From positions 31,124,001 through 31,188,000 of the forward strand of contig OZ241834.1 of assembly GCA_965202585.1 (NCBI GenBank): a stretch of DNA of 64,000 nucleotides, read 5' to 3'. The stretch comes from Thalia democratica. Its lineage: Eukaryota. The translations under genes and the position numbers were made by a program. Of this stretch, positions 13,001 through 25,000 are shown piece after piece. Within the stretch, counting starts at the first letter, position 1, and each line of letters begins with the position of its first letter. The notes under the pieces are model-generated. The model made no database searches. It had not been told where the DNA came from and saw nothing but the letters and a program-made list of their open reading frames with translations.

Positions 13001-16000
13001 GAAAGATCGTTCAAATCTAGCTTGGGTAGTCTTTGCTTGTCATTCGGAGCTAGGTTGTTTCTAGTACGCGTTTTCAGATGCCTGCTCTTGTGGCTGTTGC
13101 TTCTGATTTTGGGCTTTAAAGGATACGAACGCCTGTTTTTCGGTTTAAGCTCTTCCACACTTTCCTCTCTTATTGATTCATCCTTGCTTGGTATCGGCAA
13201 GCTTTTGCTCAAGTCGTCTTTTTTAACTCCTAGTGAAAATTTGGTGGCAATGTTTCCTTCTTCGTTTGAGACGGTGACTTTGTATTCGCCGCTGTAGTAT
13301 TTTTGAAACTTTTTAAAAGTCATTATTGCGTCATAAGAGAACATTTCCCTGTTCAGCTCGATTCTTCTCATTATTTCTGAACCGAACTGTAGAAAAAAAT
13401 TGAAATTTTGAGTCAAATTTACAACAAAGACTTATTGCGTTTATTTTAACACTAAGTAAAAAAATCATTTTTTGTAGTCTTTAACGACTTTAATGAACTA
13501 GCCAAGTATATTAAATAATTTCTTAATTTTAAACCATATATTACTCTTTGTTATTTCTTATATATAATTAATAATTACATTTTAACTCATTCCACAAAAA
13601 CTACGACAGGCATAAATATATTCCACTTTATGTATTTGAATTTATTTTAAATGTTTTTAAACATATTTATTGTATGATAATTAACAACTGCTAGCTAGTA
13701 ACCTTTTCATCGTTAAAATACCACTCGACATCCGGTTTTGGACTGGCAACAAACGTGCACTTAATTCTGAACCTTTCATCTACTGGAACATCGTATGAGC
13801 GTTTTGGCTTGATGAGAAACGCCGGTTTGACGTTGTTCGCTTTTGATCTGGCTTTAGCAACTGGCCTGAAAAGGTTTTGTTATTCAAATTCTTATTTTTT
13901 TATAAAATTATTATCTTGTAAACTTATTTATAAAACAATGTTTCACTGAACTAATATTTGTTATTAACAACATTCTAAATTACAATAAATAGTCGAAAAC
14001 TGAAATAAAATTTATAGAAACATTAAGCTTAGCTTAAGTTTACAAACTATATTTAAACTATATGTTTTGTGATTTAGTCAAAATGTTTCAAGTACAAACT
14101 TGGCTACGTCAAGTGTTTCCTTGAGGGTAGGCTCAATGTAAAAATGATAGATCTTTGCTCCGTACTTTAAATCGAGATTGTGTAAGTTGATACTTGATGT
14201 TTTATCTGTCATTATTAATAACGTGTTGAAGTAACAAATATAATTGTAAGTATATTGGAATTATATAAATATTTTAATTTAAAAAATAACTTGAGGTAGT
14301 TTAATTTGAATTATTGTAATGCTTATATTCAGAATTATGAGTCATACTAGCTTTATCTAAAAATCACATCAAGAAAACATATAAAAATGTTTAGAGATTT
14401 AAAATAAAGAGTAAACTAAGAAGAAATGTTGTAAAAATCTCACCTTAAAAATGGTAGCAGAAGAAATTGAAACAGAAAGGAGGAAGAATTAATTGTGCAT
14501 TTGATTGTCGTTGAAAGGGGTAAAAAAATCAAACTTCAATAAAACTTGCGTCAAAAACAAAAGAAACGAATAAAGCTGTCTTTAAATAAATCAAACTATG
14601 CTGAAATCTAACATCTTTCAACAGTCTACTATAGTAACTGCTGTACGAATCAAACAAGCTAATTTTTCTAAAATATATTTTTTCTGATGAAATGCAAAGA
14701 AAATATAAAACAGTTAGGAAAACAAAACAAATAAAGTAACACATTTTTTTTTAAGTCGCATAATAAGCAGAAAAATGAGAAATATAAAAAGTAGTATGTA
14801 TTGTGTACGGACTTAGAAGGTTTTATTTAAAGATTTTATTAAGTTTTAAATAATAATAGTTGTCTATATATATAACATTTAGAAAATCACTACTTATACA
14901 TGTATTCTTACCGTCTTCATTATCTTTGATTTCTGATTTTCTTGAACTTTCTTCTTCTGTTGAAAATTATTTTGTTAAATTGTCTTAAGTACAATAATAA
15001 TAAATACTTTTGCAGAATTTAACACAAAAACAGTATGACTCCATTGAAATATATACAGGAAACACTGCAAAATAAAACTAGAATGAAATGATAACGAATG
15101 TTTATATTATAACTAAACGCGTTTTTTTTTCTCATGCTAACTTTAGAATTATTCTGTTTATGCACGTTTTAATGAAACTGCTGAAACACACAAATACTTG
15201 AAAAAAACAAGCAAAATTAAAGTCTCTTAACAAAAAAAGAAGAAAAACTTAAATTAAACTTAAACACAATAGATGAAATTTCTAGCGAACTTCTCCTTAT
15301 GGATAATGCTTATTGAAAAAAACAGTGTTCTATCCATAAAATATTAAATAAATGTTTTAACTGTTTAGAAGTAATACTATGAACATAGCTCACTTCATTT
15401 TACTTTAAATAATCTTGAAAAAAACAAAGCAGCAAACTATGAGTAGATTAATAACTTTTTTGTAAAACATTAACACGAAATGTATGTAAAATAACATGAA
15501 AGAAAACTTTTAATTTTTAAACCACGTTTAAGCGAACCAAAATAGGACCTTCGTTATTTTAATATAATACCTGTATGACTGTGTCAACATGCAGTCTGAA
15601 CTGATTCTAAACTGTTGATCAGAAGATTTGTGTTCGCGACTTTACACGCTTTTCGCGCGCGAACATCCTGTAATGTTCACAACACCCTTTTTGCATTATG
15701 AATCTTTGTTGAAAAACACATAAAATCGAAATAAGTTTATGTAAAACAAGATGAAACAAGTAGCTATTAAAAATGCCCTTCAGCAAACCAAAACATGAAT
15801 TTGAGTAACTTTTGTATTAGGTATACATGTAGGTATTATGTACACACACAAATTAATGTTCTTTATTTTGTACTGGTTTGATTTTTTTCCACGCATGAAC
15901 ACAAAGTTTAAGCAATGAATCTGCACTCCTCCCCACAAATGGACCAAAAACACACGTTAATGATATTTTCACGCATGAGTTCACACCCTCCCGTCACCTC

Positions 16001-19000
16001 GGTCGAAGAACACGTGGGTGCTCGAGCTGGCCACCTCGCCCCCGAACTCGTCCCGCCCCACGCACGTGTACACCCCGCTCATCTCTACCCCACCTCCGCC
16101 TTCCCTCGCCTCCAGCCGCGCCCGCGTGTCCCCGTCCTCCGTCTTCCACGACGACTTCCTGAACAGCTTCGGGTTCAGCGGCTCGCCGTCCCTCCGCCAC
16201 TCCACGGAGGAGGATCCCGACATGACGCACTCCAGCCGCACGTCCTTCTCGTTCAGGGTGGGCGATTCCACGGGCCGGAGGACGGACGGGGGTCGGTCCG
16301 TTGAGGAGGACCGCTGCTGCCAGTACGACTTTCTCTTTTCTGTGGGAGAAATGATGAATGAAGTCAAGGCATTTTTGAAGCAAAATAAGTTGTTCGCTTT
16401 AATATAGGCAGTATTAATGTTTGTGTACAAAAACAAAAAATATTAGTTTTTTGGTTTTAATGTATACCAGCTTGAGTTTCTTGAAATAACTGTAATTTTA
16501 AATACGGTCAGCTTAATTTTCTTTATAAAGTTTTTTTTTCTATACATATTTAAAATAAAGTAACATTGAAAAATTATAAGGAAAAATAAATAAAATATCG
16601 ACAAAATAATTTTGAACAAACAAGCCATCTTTTATGTAACGTTTATAAAAAATATATCAAAAAAGCTCTTACTAACCGACTCTGAGCGTCGCTTCGCAGC
16701 TCGCCGACCCGTGAGTGTTGCAGACCCAGCACTTGACGCTGCATCCGTCATGCTCCTTCCTGCTCGGCCGCTCTATGATCAGCGTGTGTACCCCGCACAC
16801 GTCATCCACCAGGATCGAGTACCCCACCTGAGCCGGCCTCACCTCCGTCTCGTTGACCGTCCACCTGACCAGCCCCAGCCCTTCCACCTGGCACGTGAAC
16901 TCGGCCGCTTCGGACTCGAAGCACGATTGCGCCGTGAGGGACTTTTTGAAGCACGGCGCGAAGCTTTCCGGCGCCCTGGTCGGCTTGGGGGTGACGGGGT
17001 AATCCCCGATGACGGAGAACTCGACGGTGGACAGACTGTCTTGGGATCGCATGTTCGTACTGACGCCCTGCCACAGCTCCTCCTCGCAATACTCCACCTT
17101 GCTGGGAGTGGACACGTAGCTCTGACCGCATTCGCTCTCGTCCGTTACTTCGTCGATTTCAATGAAGCTCTGCTGGGACTCTTCAACGATAATCTCCTCG
17201 TCGCTTTGCTGCGTCACAATCGGTTCTACTTCCTTTTCGATTGCTTTTTCATAATTATCTTTGCTTTCCTCTGTCTTTATATTAGTTTTTGCAATTTCAA
17301 CTTTCGGTTTGTTTTTTGTCTTTTTTAATTTCCTAGACTTTTTCAGGGTGCTAGATTGGTCTTGTTCAACTATATAGCTACTCTCTATATGTGTTTTATT
17401 TGAACTTTTATTTTCTAATGAAATTTTTTCATTACGTGTACTAGTTTTCAATTTAGCTGCACTTTCTGAAGATTTATTGGATTGTACAACATCTTTTTTG
17501 ATTTTGATTTTTTCTGTGTTTTTTAAGTTTTTTAAAGAAGTTTTGTTTTTGTTTGACTTTAATTTTTTTGACGACTTTTTGGTTGCTTTAAGCTTTTTCT
17601 TCTCAGTTTTGTTTTCTTTACCAGTTTTAGTTACTTCAGATGCCTTGGCTATTTTATCACTCTTCTTAGTATGTTGCTCATTTTGAGAAAGTGAAGTTTC
17701 ATTATCTAAAATAGAGGTTTTACTTTCAACAAACTGCTGTTTGGCCTCTTTAAAAGCCGAAAGCGCGTCGACCGATCTTTTTTCTTCGACTTTTTCCCTG
17801 TCTTCCTTCTGCAATCCCATCGACGACCTCTTCAAGGACTCCATCTCGCTCTCTGCTTTCGCGGTGTCGGTCAACTTGCTCTCACTCGCCGCGCCTTCCA
17901 ACCTCTCGTGCTTGCTCCTTTCCTTCCTGAAGTTGTGCGTCCTGTAAACTTCTTCCTTCTCCACCGACGTCAGGGACGAAGATTCTTGCAAGTCTTTGTC
18001 GACTTCACTGAAAAAAGACTCCCTGTTCATTTCAACTGTTGAAGATTGCGTTTCTCCTTCGAACCTGGACGCGCTCGAGTCGCGCGACCTGAACCGCTGC
18101 TCGCTGGCGTCCCTCGACCGCAGCCCGCTCCTGATCTGCGCCAGGCTCCTCCTGTTGGCCTCCTCCGTGTCGTCGACGACCTTCTTGTCTTTTTGCACCG
18201 TCCTCAGGTTCTTCAGCGCCACCAAGGACTCGTTCCTCCGCTTCGCCTTCGAGTACCTCGCCAGCTCCACCTGCTCCTCAACCTGCTGGTTCGACCTGCC
18301 GGAAGTTCGGCCCCTCTGCCCTCCTGAAGGTTTCGGAGGCAGCGTCTGGTCGGCTTCGGGCCTCGAGTCGCTTTCCTTCCTGCGCAGTTTCGGCTTCTTG
18401 GTTGTTTTCGACTGCCTGACCAGCTTTTTACCGGATTTGTTCGCGCTTTTTGAAATTTTCGAGTCGGAAGATTTTGTTTTGTTTTTAAGTGAGGACTTTT
18501 TGCTTGAGCTTGATTTTTTTATTTTGCTTGTCAAACTGCTTTCAGCCGTGCTTTTGCTGACTGATTGGTCCTTTGTTTTTATCAGTTTTTCAGTTTTTTT
18601 CTTAAGATCAACAGCAGTTGTTTCATTTTTATTTGATGTCTCTTCAATAGAAGTAGCTATTTTATCAATCAAACTTTCTTTATCACTTTTTGAAGCTTGT
18701 TCGTAGTTGATGTTATTTTTATTAAAGCTTTGTTTCTTACCTTCAGATATCTTGTATTGCTCTGATTGAATATTTTTCTTGTTTGCAACTAGATTCAAAC
18801 TAACCTCGTCATTTTTTATACTGCTATGTACCTTGCTATTAACCAATTTATTTATATTGTTGCTTTGTTTACTTTGATTATTCTGTTTATTTGTTTGAGT
18901 ATTTAAACTAGCATTTTTTGAAGTAAGATTAGAGGGAGCTTTTGAGTCTGAAGCATTTTCGTCTTTTATTTTATTTTCAAATAACTGGTTATTTGCTTCT

Positions 19001-22000
19001 TTAAAACTTTTAACTATAGACTCTTGCTTTTTCAAGCTGTCTTTAAGCGCTTCAGATATACCATCTTTTATATTTTCTGATTTTGTTTCACAAAGTTTGA
19101 TTAAAGCTTCTAATTCGTCTAGTTTGTTTTTTGACTCCTTATTTGTATTATCAAATTTATCTTTAAAAGCACTGTCATCATTTTCAAGTTTTAAACTTTC
19201 ACAATTGTCTTCAATATGAGAGTCAAAAGTGCTTAAACTTTCTATGTTAGACCGATTTGTATTCTTTTGTTCAATGGTTTTTTCTGACTCATACAGTTTA
19301 TTATCTATGTTTTTATTAACATTAAAATCATGTGTGTTATTGTTGTATTCAAAAGTGTTTTCTGAGTTATTTAGTTTGTTATTTGAATTTATACCTATAT
19401 TAAACATGTTTGGATTATTGTGTTGTTCAAAAGCATTTTCTGACTCATTTAATTTAATTTTGGACATTTTATCAACATTAGAATTGTTTGTACTTTTGTG
19501 CTTTTCAAAAACACTTTCTGACTCGTTATTTTCTAAATTTTCATTTACATAAAAGTTATTTGTTTTATCAAATTGTTCAAAACTTTTATTTGGTTCATTA
19601 AGTTTTCGTTCTAATTTTGTATCTGTATTTATATAATATGTATTTTCTCTACTTTCTGTACTAGTATTTGAAATGTTATAACCGTCATCTATGTTGTTAC
19701 CACTGGGTGTTTGCCCCGGCGACTCAGTACCTTGCCTTGAGAAATCATCCGAATCATTCTCAAAAGTAAGATCTTCTAAAGATGCCGGGGCCCCGAAGTT
19801 TCCCAACAGACGGTTGTTTGGGCGCTTTCTACCTGAGAACACGTCACGTGACTCCTCTTTTATACCTGATTGGCTCTGCTGCTTCCTCTGCTGCTCCTCA
19901 ACGAAGCTCTTCATCTGCCTCCGGTCGCTCACAGTCGCCAGGTAGTCCTGCTTCATCTGCCGCATCTTGCTGCTCACGCTCTCTCCCTTCGCTTCTTCCC
20001 TCTCCTCCTTCCTGCCGATCACCGGCTGCCTCACCTCCTCGGCCACCTCCTTCAGCTCCTCCTCCCCGACAAACACCATCTCGAAACCCCTCCTGCGCGG
20101 GTTCCACCTCCTCCGCCATCCGTCTTTGAGCGAGCTCGACACGCTGTCCGACCTGACGCAGTCGCACGTCTCCGGCCTCCTCCTCGCGTCGAGGTCGTAC
20201 GCGAGCTTGGAAGGAGGCCGCTGCATGGTGGAGGAGGAGCAGATCGAAAACGTGTCGTCGTCCGACATAAGGTTCTTGATCTCGTCCACCGACTGCTGCG
20301 AGTCGGCTATGGAGCTCATTTCGTCGTACCTCCGCTCGTACGTTTTTGTCGTGGCAGCCGGGGGCACGACTCCGCCAAAGTACTCCATGTTGATCCTGCG
20401 CAGCTCCTGCTTCTTCTTCTCCTTGCTCTTGGCTCGAGACTCTTTCTTGTCGTCCGACTCGGCAAAGACTATCTCGAAGGCGCGGGTTCTCGGGTTCCAG
20501 CGGCGCTTCTGGGTGAAGACGTCCGACCCGCTCGGCGACTGCGTCCTTATGCAGTCGGTGGAGGCCGGCCGCTTGTAAGGGTTCACCAGTTTTTCCAGGT
20601 CGACGTCGTTCAGCTCGGTGATCCTGGCGCGGTCCTTGTCGTCTTCTATCATCCAGCCCTCCTCCACCTTGAACTCGGTCCTCGGCATGGGCTCGTTTAT
20701 CAAGTCGCCCCTGTTCTCGTGCTGGTCCTGCTTGACGGTCGACACGAACTTTTCCCCCGTCGCCGGGTTGTACACCTCGTAGCTGATCCTCTCCTGCTTC
20801 GTCTGCAGCTTCTTGCCGTCGCCCTGCTGCTTGATCCGCGTCGTGGTCGTCGTCTCCGTCGTCTCCACCAGCACGATCTTGTTCTCCTCGTCGCCCAGCG
20901 CTTTCTCCTTGATGCCGGTGTGGTCCTCGGGCGGCAGCGGCATCGTGCTCCTGTCGTGCTTCAGGTGGTCCAGGGCGCTGTTCTTCAGGTTGTCCTTCAG
21001 CGACTTCCGCCTCTTCCTGGTGACGACGTCCTCGTACACGCTCTCCTCGGTCACGTACACCGACGGCTTGAACTCCTCGACCTGCCGCTCGTCCAGCGAC
21101 TCGGTCGGCGTCGTCTGCGTCTCGATCTCGTGCCTCCCCACCACGCTGCTCTCCTCCTCCTGCAGGACTTCCTCGTACAAGGACTCGTCCTCCGACTGCG
21201 CCGACGACCGCTCGAACATCAGCTCCTTCTTCTCGGCCGACTTGTACTTGACGGGCTGCGGCTTGGGGAAGGTAAAGACCATGGGAGGCGGGGTGCGACG
21301 CTCCCTCAGCATCAGCTTGAACTCGGACCTGGAAATTTCGGGAGGAGGTTTCGGCTGTTCCTCTTCCTCGGGCTTTCCTTCGTCGGATGAAAACTCAAGC
21401 GCCTTCGTCAGCTGCTTCTCCTGGTTCAGGTTCTCGTTGACCGTTTCGACTTCTTTTTCTTCTTCAATTTCTTCTGGTTCGGCTGTCACGGGTCTTCCCA
21501 CTTGCGCGCTGAACAGCGAAGGAGTTATGGCTCCGTGGCCTCCTCTTATCTTCATGCTCATCACGCTCCTGCTTCTCTCCTCCTCTTCCTCTCGCACGTC
21601 GAAGGGAATCTCGTAGTCGGCCTGAGCGTTCAGGGAGTACTGAGAAAGGACGCTCTGGCTGTTCTGCTGCCTCTCGTTGCTCCTGAACATGATGTTGACG
21701 GGAGAAAGGGCTCTCGTCTCCCGCATCGTCGCCGTCACCTCGCTGCGGTGCGATTCTCCTCGGTAGGGACTCGGAGACCTGCCTGCGTGGACGTCGAAGA
21801 GGGGCGGCGTCTGAAAGAGAACTCTTCTTTGCTGCTCCCTCTGGTGTTGTGACGCGTCTTCGTCTCCCATTATGACGTCACGCGCCTCCTGGATCGACTT
21901 GTGCAGCTCGTTGTAAAGAGCCTCCTCGTCGAACGCGCGCTTCTCGAGAACCACCGTGGAAACCGGTGGGGAGGGAGACCTGCTCGACACCTTCAGGCGG

Positions 22001-25000
22001 ATCTCCTGCCTGCTTTCCACCTCGCTCCTACCCCCCTTCCTGAACATCCTTAAACCTGGCGAAGGGGTTCTGCCCACCATGACGTTGAAACCGGGAGTTA
22101 TTGATCTCTGGACGGCCGGCACCTGCATTGTGTAGGTGGTGATGTCCCTGTCCAGGAAGTGGTCGTAGCAGTGGCACATGGTGGAGCCCTGGCCCGTGTA
22201 GGTCATGTAAAAGTGACCTGCCATCGAGGACAGGCTGCCTAATCTGTCCACGTTCGCCGATTTCATGGTGACGTGGTGGACTTTGTTGAAGTTTTTCAAC
22301 GTGTTGGTGGTCACTAACTTGCTACTTAAACTACTAGTAACTACTTACGTGAATGAAGACACAGTTTCCCGAATTCGTTTTATTTTTCATTGTGACGTCA
22401 TACACACGATAACAGAGCAGCGATTGATACAGCCATGGGGGAAGCAGCAAAGAAACATGTAAAAAAAAAAGTTATAGTAAGTAGAAGGAAAAAAGGCTTT
22501 TTATATAAGGCATGCTAAATAAAAACTATGAAAAATTTTGAAAAAAAGATTTGTGTTAAACTTTTCTAAGAAAAAATGACTGTATCAAATCGCGCTACAC
22601 AAACAAAAAAAAGTTAAATAAATACAGATATTAATTTGCTGCCAAAACAACTCTTAAAACACAAATCAGATTCAAAAACAAAAGTCTTAAAACAAAAATT
22701 TTAAGCAGCTGCAGCGGCGGGCGAGTAGTTGACAAGGAATTTACCTTCCGTCTCCCTTCGCCTCGTGTCCTCCCTGGCAACGACGTTGGTGGCGCTGACG
22801 ACGCGCCCCAGCTTGTTGCTGGCCACGCACTCGTACAACCCGACGTCCTGCTCCTGCAACTGGGACACCACCAGGCACGAGGTGTACTCGTGGTCCCTCA
22901 CCTCGTACGAAAACCTTCTCCGCATGTCGATTTTCCCGCCATTTTGGTACGGGCGGATCGGCTGCCCGTCCTTGTACCACGCGACCTGCGGGTCGGGGCA
23001 CGCGGAGAACTTGACCCTCAACCGGGTTTCCCCGTTTTCGGGGTCGACCCGCATCTTTTCGACGACGGTGGGCGAGAACTCGACTTCCAGCACTGGTACG
23101 GGGACTTTTATCTCGTAGGGGGTGCGCGACTCGAACCTTTCGATTTGCGTCACAAAGCCCTGCTTCTGCTTGTCTAGCTTCAGTTTTTCTGAAATGTTAA
23201 AAACAAAGTGAGTTTTTGTTGAAGAGTTTGCAGATTTCAAGGCATTCCAAATGATTTCAAACTCACAGCAAGCTTTGAGTTTAGCATGACGAAACCCACT
23301 GTTTATGAAAATCCAATCTGATGACTTTTATTTTTGATTACATGACAATATATTAAAAAATCAACCTACTAAACAAACAACAAATTGCGCCAGAAAAGTA
23401 TAATGCAAGCAAAAAAACATACTTGGAAAAAATCTCAACCAAAACAAACACTTCATGATGATAACTGCAGATTATTTTACCTGTAACTTCCAAGTCAGTG
23501 CTGCTGATTGCTTCACCGCAGCTGTTCAAAGCGTGGCACCTCACTTCACCTGAATCTTGCACCCTGGAAGACTCTATAACCAACCAGCATTGGCCTGTGC
23601 TGCTCAACCGCCCGCACTGTGATAAGTTAGAACAAAGTTAGAACTGCTTCTTACAATGTTAACTTTACGTTCAAATTGTTTTCGTTCTTTAAGTTTTAGG
23701 ATGTCTACCACACAGACCTTGTTTCTGTTAGTTATGTCCTCGCCATTCAGAAACCACCTGACACCGAGCCGGTCTCCTTCTATGACGCAGCTCATTCTAA
23801 CTATGCTGCCCTCTATGACGTGCAAAGGCTGCAACGGGCTCAAAACTTTTGGCGGCAAAACTGGAATGATTAGGTTGTTTATAAATTTCTTCTTAACATG
23901 TGGAATGATATAAAATGATGGTGATGTGATTTTTTTTCAAAAAGCAAAAAAAAAATTGAGTTCTTTTTTTTATCTTAGCTTTCCACTTAATTTTCAAATA
24001 ATTTAGCAAATATATGGCTCCCTCCAATAAAAGGTATCAAAAAGCTAACTTTGTTGGCAAAACTAAAATGTTTAAACTTTGAAAACATTTATATAAAGGT
24101 TAAATGAGCAGAGGATAGAAGCTGAACAAGCATATGAAGACGCAACAGTTTCGTTACTCAGATCAGAATCAAGTTTAAATTAAGAGTTCTTTTTTTTAAC
24201 TGTGAACTACGATCATGACTTGCTTTCTTTATTTTATAAAACAAAATGAAAACATACAGATGAAACTGATTCCTGTTTTTTTTTCTAAAATAATAAATTC
24301 AAAACAAAAAAAAAGGAACAAAATTCTAACTGAAACGAACACTCTGAATGATTTCAATGAAGTCAACCAAAACACAAACAAGCCTCATTTTACGAGCTTA
24401 CTTTCGATGTTGAGTTTGGCCTGCGAAAGCGTTTTGTTTACCGAGTTTGAAACAATGCACTCGTAAGTGCCTTCGTCTTCCTCCTTGACCTCGGCAATTT
24501 CAAGCTGCAGCTTGCAACCGATGGCGGTGATTTTGTAGTTTTCACCGTTCTTTATTTCAACATCGTTTCGTCTCCACACAACTGTCGGATCTGATTGAAA
24601 GCAACGTGAAGGGATGTTAGAAATACTTTAGCATTTGATTATACAACATAGCTATTTAAACTGTCAATAAAAACAGTTTTAATTGGTGATTACGTAAAAT
24701 ACGTTTATCTAGTAACAAAAATATTTTAGCAAAACTTTGTATGTCATAAAAAAATGCATTAATAAAAGATATTATTTTCTACTAAGTGTTTGTTTAGTTT
24801 GAAAGCATTTATTTCAAAAGCATCTTCGACTTAAAACTCAGTCTTACTCGTTCCTGCAATTTCACAAGTAAATCTAGAGGTCTGTCCTTTCTTGGCGTGG
24901 AAGTCTTGAAGAGGCTGGATGATTTGGACAGCTTCCTCTTCTTCCCTCTCCAACATTTGCTCACCCTCAACATGTTTGACTTCTTCTATTTGTTCTTCAT

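Noticed and set aside
14430-14520. Strong donor AAG|GTGAGA near 14441 as an extra exon
   Set aside because: The phase needed for exon 53 places a stop immediately before the donor, and there is no supporting acceptor or ATG.
19870-21390. 506-aa plus-strand ORF and other long plus-strand or alternate-frame ORFs over titin exons (e.g. 20813-21616, 17996-18706, 12659-13297, 39264-39821)
   Set aside because: Shadow ORFs: GC-rich or repetitive coding sequence on the minus strand depletes antisense stops; the translations are low-complexity mirrors with no domain signal.
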